The notes below the pieces were generated by a model. It did no database searches and had not been told where the DNA came from. It saw nothing but the letters and a program-made list of their open reading frames with translations. The position numbers and the translations under genes are program-made. This document shows positions 8,179 through 16,806 of a stretch of DNA of 64,000 nucleotides, piece by piece. The stretch's first letter is position 1; every line of letters starts with the position of its first letter. The stretch comes from Desulfomicrobium sp. (GTDB taxonomy: Bacteria; Desulfobacterota; Desulfovibrionia; Desulfovibrionales; Desulfomicrobiaceae), in the NCBI GenBank assembly GCA_040768745.1, contig JAXGMI010000002.1, positions 288,001-352,000 on the forward strand, given 5' to 3'.

Positions 8179-9791
8179 CAGACTGCTGACAAAGTCACCT
8201 CAAAACCCTCGTCAAATGACGGGGGTTTTGTTATGAAAGCGGCATGTTACGCAGCACAGGACCCAAACAACTGAAGTACGAATTCGTCTGCATTGAGCGC
8301 TTGGTCCCCAAAGATCATCTCCTTCGTAAGATCACCAAGTTCATCGATTTCCGTTTCATCCACGACAAGGTCAAAGACCTGTACTGTCCGGACAACGGCC
8401 GGCCGGCTCTTGATCCGACAGTGCTCTTCAAGATGCTCTTTCTGGGGTATCTGTTCGGCATCCGCAGTGAGCGGAGGCTGATTGAGGAGATCAAGGTCAA
8501 TGTCGCCTACCGCTGGTTTTTGGGCTTCAGCCTGGAAGATAAGATTCCCGACGCCTCGACCATCAGCCAGAACCGCCGCCGTCGCTTCAACCAGAGCACG
8601 GTCTACCAGGAGATTTTCGACGAGATCGTGGTTCAGGCCATCCGCCGCAAGATGATCGACGGTCGCACCCTGTACACGGATTCGACCCACCTCAAAGCCA
8701 ACGCCAACAAGAACAAGTTTGTCGAGGCTCAAGTTGCCAAGAGCACGCGGGATTACATCGATGATCTGGAGCGGGACGTTGCCCAGGACCGGGCCGACCA
8801 CGGCAAGAAGGTGTTGAAAGAGAACGATCCGGAACCCGAAACCAAGACGGTCAAGCAGAGCACGACGGACCCGGAGTCTGGCTACATGCACCGGGACGGC
8901 AAGCCCAAGGGGTTCTTCTTTCTGGATCATCGCTCGGTGGACGGTCTTCATGGCCTGATCACGGATACGTACGTGACGCCAGGCAATGTGCATGACTCGA
9001 TACCGTATCTTGATCGTCTTGATCGACAGCGCGAACGATTTGGTTTTGAAGTGGAGGCGGTTGGCCTGGATGCTGGCTACGCGACGACAGGAATCTGCAA
9101 AGGGCTTGAGGAGAGAGGGATTTTTGGAGTGGTTGGCTACCGTCGTTTTGGAAAAAACACGGGCCGCTTCAGACGCAAGGATTTTTTCTACGACGACTCA
9201 GTGGATTGCTACGTCTGCCCTGCAAACTGCCTTTTGAGCTACCGAACCACCAACCGTGCGGGTTACCGGGAATACGCCTCGGATCCCAAGATTTGCAAAG
9301 CATGTCAGCTTCTTGAGAGATGCACGACCAGCAAGACATGCCGACGGGTCATAGCGCTCCACGTATGGGAAGACAGCCGGGAACGCATCGGCTCCAACCG
9401 CCTGACGGAGCGTGGCAAGGCCATCTATGCCCGACGCAAGGAAACGGTTGAACGCAGCTTTGCCGACTGCAAGGAACTGCATGGGCATCGTTACGCCCGG
9501 ATGCGTGGTCTCTCGAAGGTCTTGGAGCAATTCCTGCTGTGTGCGGCCGCGTTCAACATGAAAAAATCGCCCTGCACTTGTCAAGATTGGGACTCCGCAG
9601 GCCAGCGAGCCCGGCAGTTGCCATGGCCGGGATGATTCTGTCCTTTATTTACGGGATATTCCAATCACAAAAGCGCCAATACGCCCCAATTTGATCCCAG
9701 AAGGGCCTCCTGAACGATTTCGGGCAAAATACAAATCGTCAAAAAAACAAACCCTCGCCGAACGGTACGGCGAGGGTTTGTCAGTGGTCTG
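8179..9791 (+). mobile_element. IS1182-family insertion sequence (1613 bp)
   Basis: Terminal IRs CAGACTGCTGACAAA / TTTGTCAGTGGTCTG (13/15 match), 18-bp flanking direct repeats, single DDE transposase. Confidence 0.93.
8244..9635 (+). CDS. IS1182-family transposase (probable 1-nt frameshift near C-terminus)
   Basis: LVPKDHLLR, GRPALDP, GIRSERRL, DSTHLKANA, STTDPE, DAGY, RKETVERSFAD motifs. Confidence 0.93.
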   Translation: MLRSTGPKQLKYEFVCIERLVPKDHLLRKITKFIDFRFIHDKVKDLYCPDNGRPALDPTVLFKMLFLGYLFGIRSERRLIEEIKVNVAYRWFLGFSLEDKIPDASTISQNRRRRFNQSTVYQEIFDEIVVQAIRRKMIDGRTLYTDSTHLKANANKNKFVEAQVAKSTRDYIDDLERDVAQDRADHGKKVLKENDPEPETKTVKQSTTDPESGYMHRDGKPKGFFFLDHRSVDGLHGLITDTYVTPGNVHDSIPYLDRLDRQRERFGFEVEAVGLDAGYATTGICKGLEERGIFGVVGYRRFGKNTGRFRRKDFFYDDSVDCYVCPANCLLSYRTTNRAGYREYASDPKICKACQLLERCTTSKTCRRVIALHVWEDSRERIGSNRLTERGKAIYARRKETVERSFADCKELHGHRYARMRGLSKVLEQFLLCAAAFNMKKSPCTCQDWDSAGQRARQLPWPG

Positions 9792-9813
9792 AGGGGTGCC
9801 AAGCACCCCTTTC
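9792..9813. terminator. Right copy of duplicated target; hairpin with T-tail
   Basis: AGGGGTGC-caa-GCACCCCT followed by TTCT; reconstructed empty site AGAAAGGGGTGCCAAGCACCCCTTTCT lies between convergent genes. Confidence 0.8.
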
Positions 9814-9816
9814 TGT

Positions 9817-10332
9817 CTAGCTGGCGAGCAGAGCCACCTTGACCTGCTTGACCCCGAACCGCTTGGCTTCATTCGTGTCCGGGACAAAGATATCCACCCG
9901 GGATGAATAGCGTTTGTGCATGAGATCCGCTATTTCGTAAATTCCGTGTCCTTTCACATAGACTTTCTTGCCGAATACCCAGCCCTGATCAAACAGATCT
10001 CTGCTGACAGCCACAATTCCGCTCCGGACCTTGGTCATGCTGGCTGTCGTGGTCGGATCCGGGTCACATTCTCCGTGTGTTGGGCTGTAGGCCGTTAACG
10101 TCACTTCCTTGATTCTTGCCTCGTGCAGGTCCGCGACCTGTCGTGCCAGTTGCTGCCGTTCCTCGCTCAACTTTTCGATCTGGACGGAGTGTTCCGTCTT
10201 CAGCTCCTCAATACGGGCGGTATAGTAGTCTTCCGCTGCCGTCCTGGCCGTGGTGTCGACCGCGAACCCTATCAGGGCGGCTATGAGGATGAAAAAAAGC
10301 GAGGTGACGACAAATGCGCCATGATTGCTCAT
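9817..10332 (-). CDS. 3D-domain cell-wall-associated protein
   Basis: TM helix, coiled coil, then TAYS...VAVSRDL...IADLM...VDIF (three-Asp 3D domain pattern). Confidence 0.85.
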   Translation of the reverse strand: MSNHGAFVVTSLFFILIAALIGFAVDTTARTAAEDYYTARIEELKTEHSVQIEKLSEERQQLARQVADLHEARIKEVTLTAYSPTHGECDPDPTTTASMTKVRSGIVAVSRDLFDQGWVFGKKVYVKGHGIYEIADLMHKRYSSRVDIFVPDTNEAKRFGVKQVKVALLAS

Positions 10333-10743
10333 GCAAGTACCTCATATCTGTTTTGCGGTGGATGCTGCCGGCGAGAGGGGAATAGGCGAGTGCCGTGAAG
10401 AGAGGTCGGATGGGCCGGCCGCAGTTGGTAAAGGGGACATAACAATTTTGCCCTTTATCCGATGAAAAGGGATGATGCAACCCCTGGAACGACACAAAAA
10501 TGGGGTGCCCGGGGATGTCATGGCGCGGCGGAGAATCTGTGCTTTGAATAAAATAATCAGGTATGCCAGGAAACTAGAATATTTTTTTACCTTCTGCGTT
10601 AATGCGGAGTAGAAGTGCACGCCCATTGGGCGTGGTCGGTGGCACTTGGCTTTGCCGGACTGGTTTCTTGTGCAATAACGATAGGGAGTCGGGAACTGGT
10701 CAGAAATGCCTCGCCTTCTGACTTGGTTCATCTCTGCAATTTT

Positions 10744-11103
10744 TTACCCTCGCAGCAAAGACCTGACTTTGGCCATGAGTTCTGAACTGTCGTAAGACTT
10801 GACCACATAGGCGTCGGCGGCGATGGATTTGAGGTCAAAACGGAAGCTGTCGTAGGCGGTGCACAGTACGATGGGCAACGCGGCGTGCCTGCAACGGATC
10901 TCCTGTAAAATATCCAGACCGGATCGATTTTCCAGCTTGATGTCCAGAATGATTAAATCCGGCTTGTGTTCATCCAAAAGGGCCAGCACATCGCCGTCGC
11001 CGTTGGAGCAAGCCACATTGTAACCGAGCTGGCGCAACTCTTCGGCATAGAGCATGCGCACATGCTCTTCATCGTCAATGACCAGAATTGTCTTTTGGTC
11101 CAT
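10744..11103 (-). CDS. Single-domain response regulator
   Basis: ILVIDDE, LIILD, CTAY, YVVK receiver motifs; ATG 11103 after AGGGGG. Confidence 0.92.
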   Translation of the reverse strand: MDQKTILVIDDEEHVRMLYAEELRQLGYNVACSNGDGDVLALLDEHKPDLIILDIKLENRSGLDILQEIRCRHAALPIVLCTAYDSFRFDLKSIAADAYVVKSYDSSELMAKVRSLLRG

Positions 11104-11289
11104 TTCATTCCCCCTGTTTGCGTTCACTCCATTCTTCTCCAAGAACACGACTGCCGCTCCTGACAGAAAACCTTTCGTATGGAGGAAAAACAGTGCGTCT
11201 CGTACTCAAAAAGTCTGTCGAATCCGCAGAAGGCCTTCCTTGACCGGCCCACACTGCGCGCTTTGCCCGATGTTTCCTGACAGGGCGGA

Positions 11290-11970
11290 TCAGAAAAAAT
11301 AATTCACTCCGAGGAAAGGTCCCACCGTATTCACGCCTTCATTGGGTTCGGATATGCCGGCCGAGGAGATGTGCACATACCGGCCTTCCAAGAAGATGGC
11401 CAGGTCATCCTGGAGAAAGTAGTTCACGCCCGCCGCAGCCTGTTCGTTGAATTGGAAGGCCCCGCCCAGGTCTGGGGAACGGATTTCCGTCAACGCGATT
11501 CCCGCACCGATATCGACATAGGGGACCCAACGCGTGCCAGTAGCGAAATGATAGCGCAGATGAGGCGTCAGGGCCAAAGTCCAATCCCATCCCGAATTGA
11601 CCTGTGGGCCAAGAAGTACTTCAAGACGCACTTCGAAATTTCCTCGATACCAGCTCTGAGCACCTACGGTGTCTCCAATCATGACACCATATGCCAGGGC
11701 GAGAGGCACAAGATCATGCTGATCCTCGCCTCCAAGGACGATAATTCCGTAGGTCACCCCCACACCCAGGCTCATGGTTTGGGTTCCGGAGAGGAATCCA
11801 TGGCCCGTTGTCCCCGACCAGATGCCGGGTTCTTCAGCACCTGGGGTGTCATGCGTCATGGGCATGGTCCTGGTCGGCAGGGACCCGCGTTCCTCTGCGC
11901 GCACGGAAAGCGGAAGGATCAATAAGAGACAACCCAGCCACATGGCTATGGATCGTACAACATTTTTCAT
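11290..11970 (-). CDS. PagL-like acyloxyacyl hydrolase / outer-membrane beta-barrel
   Basis: Signal peptide, FQFN, YxHISSAG...NEGVN motif, C-terminal Phe. Confidence 0.75.
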   Translation of the reverse strand: MKNVVRSIAMWLGCLLLILPLSVRAEERGSLPTRTMPMTHDTPGAEEPGIWSGTTGHGFLSGTQTMSLGVGVTYGIIVLGGEDQHDLVPLALAYGVMIGDTVGAQSWYRGNFEVRLEVLLGPQVNSGWDWTLALTPHLRYHFATGTRWVPYVDIGAGIALTEIRSPDLGGAFQFNEQAAAGVNYFLQDDLAIFLEGRYVHISSAGISEPNEGVNTVGPFLGVNYFF

Positions 11971-12280
11971 TCACTGCCTCCTCATGACCACGACATCACA
12001 TCGCGACTGGCCCTGGTGGCCAGCCGAGACACCTGCTTGCTAAACATCCGTCCAGTAAATGGTCAAGAAGTTGTCATTAATTTCAACACAGCAGGCCGGG
12101 ACCACTCCAGGAATGTTGATGTGTTCTTGCAGCCATATGACTGGAAACGTTAATATTATTTATCGCTAGTGATATTTCGAGTGCATGTAAAACAGAGAGG
12201 CAGTCAGGGCCATACGAGATTCATACCTGGCCTGGCGACAGCCCGCAGCCCAGCAGCAGGACAATGGGCTGCTCCAGATT

Positions 12281-12487
12281 TTAGCGGCCCTGGTCATGCT
12301 GATTCTGGTGCTGTATGCACAGGGGTATGATTGCCCGTCGCAGTGTTTGCGGAAAAAAATCGCCCGGCCAGTGACTGGCAGGGCGATCAATTTGTCGCGT
12401 GGTCTCATTGACTGACATCATATCAATTGTGGAGAAGACCCTTTCCCGGAATCTTTTGGCGGTTTCCTGTTCGACTGTTCGGGACAT
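12281..12487 (-). CDS. Possible small hypothetical protein
   Basis: ATG overlaps lysA stop (TGATG); no recognisable motif. Confidence 0.25.
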   Translation of the reverse strand: MSRTVEQETAKRFRERVFSTIDMMSVNETTRQIDRPASHWPGDFFPQTLRRAIIPLCIQHQNQHDQGR

Positions 12488-13758
12488 CAGTCGTCCAGTT
12501 CGTCGATGAGGGCCAGTCCTTCCTCTTCAAGCGCTACCAGGTCGTTGTAGGTCTCGCGCTTGCGAATCAGGACATGCTTGCTCCCCTGAACCATGATCTC
12601 CGCAGCCCTGGGTCTGGAATTGTACTGAGAGGACATGACAAACCCGTAAGCCCCCGCCGAGAAAGCGGCCAACAGGTCGCCCTGATCCACCCGGGGGATG
12701 GTCCGGTTCTTGGCCAGAAAGTCACCGGATTCGCAGATGGGGCCGACAATATCGACCGTCATTTCCCCGGTGCTTCCTTCGCGTACCGGCGCGATGCGAT
12801 GATATGAGCCATACAGCGACGGACGGACCAAATCGTTCATGGCCGCGTCCACGATGACGAAGAGCTTGTCCTCATTTTTCTTGAGATACTGCACCTGGGT
12901 GACCAGGATGCCCGTATTTCCGGCAATGACCCGGCCGGGTTCCAGGATGAGGGTCATATCGAGGTCTTTGAGCGATTCCGTCAGGGCCTGCCCCAGTTCG
13001 TCAGGGTGGGGTGGTTCCTCCTCATTGTAGGTGATGCCCAGTCCCCCACCCAGATCCAGATATTTAATGGCGATATCGCGTTCCCGCAGTTGGGCGTAGA
13101 AAATCTTCAATTTGTCCAGGGCTTCGAGGAAAGGGGAGAGCTTGGTAAGCTGAGAACCGATATGGCAGTCCATGCCAACGGGATCCACATTGGGCAGACT
13201 TTTGGCCAATGTATAGGCTTCCAGGGCCTCAGCCCGAGACAGGCCAAACTTGTTTTCCTTCAACCCTGTAGAAATGTAGGGATGGGTCTTGGGATCCACG
13301 TCCGGATTGATGCGCAGACTGATCCTGGCCACCTTGTGCAGGTCTCCTGCCACCGAGTTTATCCGCTGCAGCTCCTGGATCGACTCCACGTTGAACAAAA
13401 GGATGTCCGCCAGGAGGGCTTCCTGAATTTCAACCGTCTTTTTGCCTACGCCAGAATAGACAATTTTTTTGGGATCAACTCCGGCACGGAGGGCCCGGAA
13501 CAGTTCCCCCCCCGATACGATATCTGTGCCCGCCCCTGCCTGTGCCAGAATTTTGAGGACGCTCAGGTTGGAGTTGGCTTTGACCGAATAGCAGGTCATG
13601 TGGTCAATGCCCTGGAAAGCCGAATCAAACGCGTTGAGGTGACGTTTCAGTGTCGAGGCGGAATAGATGTACAGAGGAGTTCCGTGCTCCGCGGCCAGGT
13701 CCGCCACCGGGACATCTTCAGCATACAGCTGTCCGTTCTTATATGTGAAGTAATGCAT
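12487..13758 (-). CDS. lysA: Diaminopimelate decarboxylase
   Basis: YSVKAN, HIGSQ, DLGGG, EPGR, VGPICESGD motifs. Confidence 0.97.
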   Translation of the reverse strand: MHYFTYKNGQLYAEDVPVADLAAEHGTPLYIYSASTLKRHLNAFDSAFQGIDHMTCYSVKANSNLSVLKILAQAGAGTDIVSGGELFRALRAGVDPKKIVYSGVGKKTVEIQEALLADILLFNVESIQELQRINSVAGDLHKVARISLRINPDVDPKTHPYISTGLKENKFGLSRAEALEAYTLAKSLPNVDPVGMDCHIGSQLTKLSPFLEALDKLKIFYAQLRERDIAIKYLDLGGGLGITYNEEEPPHPDELGQALTESLKDLDMTLILEPGRVIAGNTGILVTQVQYLKKNEDKLFVIVDAAMNDLVRPSLYGSYHRIAPVREGSTGEMTVDIVGPICESGDFLAKNRTIPRVDQGDLLAAFSAGAYGFVMSSQYNSRPRAAEIMVQGSKHVLIRKRETYNDLVALEEEGLALIDELDD

Positions 13759-13774
13759 ATTCTCTCCTTCAGAA

Positions 13775-14188
13775 TCACTGTCCGGGGACGGCTATGGAGA
13801 TGATCTCGGAAATGGCCGGGGCAATGATGTGGTGGGTATTATCTGCTTTCACCCGGATCCGCAAATTCTCGGCCGGAAGCGGATCGCAGATGGTGAATAT
13901 GAAGCTGTTTTCTCGACGGTAGACCCCTTCTCCGAAGGGAAAAACCTTTTTCGAATAGGAGGGGGTGAAAGGACATGTCGGACAACCGTCCTGTTCGATT
14001 TCAATCATGAAATATTCCAGATTGACCAACCTACCTCCGAGCTTGGCGTTGATAAGCAGGCAACCCTGGTCCATGGCGGCTTCCAGGTGATGGATCAGGA
14101 TCATTTCATCGCTGACAATGGGCTGTGGCCACTCTTTTTTGCCGCATGCGACGAGGACGAGGAGTGCGAGAAGAAGAATTCGTTTCAT
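13775..14188 (-). CDS. Lipoprotein with LptM/LppL-like N-terminus
   Basis: Lipobox LVAC followed by GKK..P; CPTCP motif; directly upstream of lysA. Confidence 0.7.
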   Translation of the reverse strand: MKRILLLALLVLVACGKKEWPQPIVSDEMILIHHLEAAMDQGCLLINAKLGGRLVNLEYFMIEIEQDGCPTCPFTPSYSKKVFPFGEGVYRRENSFIFTICDPLPAENLRIRVKADNTHHIIAPAISEIISIAVPGQ

Positions 14189-16803
14189 GACTGTCCAGAC
14201 ATTGCCTTCCAGGTGTGGAGCAGAGTCAATGCCTCCAAAGGGGAAAGCGCGTTGACGTTCATTGCATGTAGGGCCGCCAGCACCGGATGTTCAGCCGGTT
14301 TTTCTGTGGTCAGCCTGTCCGTGGCAAGTCCTGGAAGTCCGATCTGACGGGTCAGGAGCTCGCGGCGTTGGCTGCCCCCCGGGGCATGTTTTTCAAGTGC
14401 GGTCAGGATTTCTTTGGCTCTGGACACCACTGAGGCCGGTACCCCGGCCAAGCGGGCCACTTCGATCCCGTAGCTGCGGTCCGCCGGACCCGGGACCAGT
14501 CGACGCAGAAAGACAATGTCTCCCTTCCATTCCTTGATGGCGATATTGAAATTGCGCACAGTGGGCAAGCTGTCTTCAAGCACCGTCAGTTCGTGGTAGT
14601 GGGTGGCAAACAGGGTGCGTATTCCTCCCTGTCGCTTGGCCAGTTCTTCGACCACGGCCCAAGCAAGGGACAGCCCGTCAAAAGTGCTTGTGCCCCGGCC
14701 TATTTCATCCAGGATGACCAGGGCGCGTTTTCCGGCCTGACGCAGGATCCTGGCGGTTTCGCTCATCTCGACCATGAAGGTCGATTGGCCCATGGCCAGG
14801 TTGTCTGAAGCTCCCACCCGGGAAAAAATCCGGTCGCACAGGCCAATCCGGGCCGAGGTCGCCGGAACAAACCCACCCATTTGCGCACAAATGCAGATGA
14901 TGGCCACCTGTCTCAATACTGTGGATTTGCCCGCCATGTTTGGTCCCGTGATGATGAGCACCCGGCCGCTGTTCTCAAGTGTCAGGTCGTTGGGTATGTA
15001 GTTTGCCCGACCCTGAGCCGCCTCTACCACAGGATGACGACCACCTTTGACGACGATATCGAGGCCTTCGTGCAGCTCAGGACGGCACCACTCCCATTTG
15101 CGGGCGGCATGGGCCATGCCCTGGGCAAAATCAAGCTCCGCCAGAATCCGGGCCATGGCCATGAACCGGTCCCTGTGCCCGGCCACTTCCTCGCGCAGGG
15201 AGAGAAACAGTTCGTATTCGCGGGCCTTGCGTTTTTCCGACGCACTGAGAAGTTTGTCCTCGAGGATTTTGAGCTCTTCGGTGATGTATCGTTCTGCGTT
15301 GACCAGGGTTTGACGCCGTATAAAGTGCGAAGGGGGAGGCGTAGCGTGGGTTCGGCTCAATTCAAAATAATAGCCGAAAACCCTGGTATAGCCGAGTTTA
15401 AGCTTGGGTAGCCCGCTGGTCTGGCGTTCTTGTTCCAGCATGAGGGTCAGGGCGGACTCGCCGTGGTCCGTCAACTCCATGAGTTCGTCCAGGGTTGCGT
15501 CATACCCCGGACGGAAGAGTCCTCCTTCGGTGATGACCGGTGGAAGGCTTTCGGCCAAGGCCCGCAAAAGCAACTCGTGCACATCGGCCAGGTTGTCCCA
15601 GTTCTGCAGCAGGTTTTGCAGCCTCGACGGCGGAGATCCAAGTCGGGTCAGTTCGCCGTAAAGCTTCGGAAGCACGGCCAAGGACGCACACATCGCCCCA
15701 AAATCCTTGGGAGTGGAACGGTTGACAACGATGCGCGTACACAACCGCTCCAGATCATAGACCTTGTCCAGGAATCGGCGCAGATTTTCACGCAACTGGT
15801 CCTGGGCATGAAAAAAATTTACCAGCTCCTGCACGGACAGGATTGTCCCCAAGTCTTTGAACGGCTGATGGAGGCGGGTTTCCAGCAGGCGGCCACCCAT
15901 GGGGGTCTGGGTCTGGTCCAGTACATGGATCAGGGTGCCCCGTCCTTTGGATCCGCCCATGGTTTGAAAAAGCTCAAGATTTCGTTCAGAGATCTCATCC
16001 AGCAGCAGGGTGGAAGAAAGATCCAAGGGGATGAAAGGGGCCAGATGGGAGAGACTCCGTTTCTGGGTCAGCTCCAGGTAGGTCAGAAGGGCACCGCAGC
16101 AACTGGTCAGCGCCGGCTTATCGTCCAGATCGAGGGCGGCCAGGGAGGGAACGCTTTGGGCGCGGAGGACTTTTTTCTCTGCCCCTTTCGCGTCAAAATA
16201 GGATTTCTGCGGATAGCGGGACAGCCTCGCCTGCCAGTGTTCGAGACCCTTGGGCAGAGGCTGGGATTCTGTCAGCAGGAGCTCGCGGGCATCCATCTTG
16301 ATCAGCCACTGCCAAAGCGCTGCTTCGTTCCTCGTCTGGATGCCGGACCAGGTCCCCGTGGAGAAATCAACCCAAGCCAAGCCGCCGCCCAAATCCGTAT
16401 CCCAGAAAAGGGCCGCCAGATAATTATGTCCTTTGGCCTGGAGGTTCATATCCTCCACAGCTGTTCCCGGGGTCAGTACCCTGGTTACCTCTCGGCGCAC
16501 CAATCCTTTGGCCTGTTTGGGGTCTTCCACCTGATCGCACAACGCCACCTTGTACCCCTTTTCCAGGAGCTGGCGCACATATTCATCAATGGCATGGTGA
16601 GGCATGCCGCACATAGGGACCGGATGACTTGCCCCGGGATTGCGGCTGGTCAGGGCTATCTGCAGTTCCCGTGCGGCAATCTCGGCATCGTCAAAAAAAA
16701 GTTCAAAAAAGTCGCCCATGCGGAAAAAAAGGAGCGCTCCCGGGTACTCCTCCTTGACCCGCAGATACTGCTCCATCATGGGCGTCAGTTTGACCGTTTT
16801 CAT
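14185..16803 (-). CDS. mutS: DNA mismatch repair protein MutS
   Basis: TPMMEQY, FRMGDFFELF, GPNMAGKST, DEIGRGTST, SYGIEVA motifs. Confidence 0.98.
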   Translation of the reverse strand: MKTVKLTPMMEQYLRVKEEYPGALLFFRMGDFFELFFDDAEIAARELQIALTSRNPGASHPVPMCGMPHHAIDEYVRQLLEKGYKVALCDQVEDPKQAKGLVRREVTRVLTPGTAVEDMNLQAKGHNYLAALFWDTDLGGGLAWVDFSTGTWSGIQTRNEAALWQWLIKMDARELLLTESQPLPKGLEHWQARLSRYPQKSYFDAKGAEKKVLRAQSVPSLAALDLDDKPALTSCCGALLTYLELTQKRSLSHLAPFIPLDLSSTLLLDEISERNLELFQTMGGSKGRGTLIHVLDQTQTPMGGRLLETRLHQPFKDLGTILSVQELVNFFHAQDQLRENLRRFLDKVYDLERLCTRIVVNRSTPKDFGAMCASLAVLPKLYGELTRLGSPPSRLQNLLQNWDNLADVHELLLRALAESLPPVITEGGLFRPGYDATLDELMELTDHGESALTLMLEQERQTSGLPKLKLGYTRVFGYYFELSRTHATPPPSHFIRRQTLVNAERYITEELKILEDKLLSASEKRKAREYELFLSLREEVAGHRDRFMAMARILAELDFAQGMAHAARKWEWCRPELHEGLDIVVKGGRHPVVEAAQGRANYIPNDLTLENSGRVLIITGPNMAGKSTVLRQVAIICICAQMGGFVPATSARIGLCDRIFSRVGASDNLAMGQSTFMVEMSETARILRQAGKRALVILDEIGRGTSTFDGLSLAWAVVEELAKRQGGIRTLFATHYHELTVLEDSLPTVRNFNIAIKEWKGDIVFLRRLVPGPADRSYGIEVARLAGVPASVVSRAKEILTALEKHAPGGSQRRELLTRQIGLPGLATDRLTTEKPAEHPVLAALHAMNVNALSPLEALTLLHTWKAMSGQS

Positions 16804-16806
16804 TCG

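Noticed and set aside
10640..10656. Sigma-54 promoter-like TGGCAC...TTGC
   Set aside because: GG-to-GC spacing is 11 rather than 10 and no plus-strand gene follows
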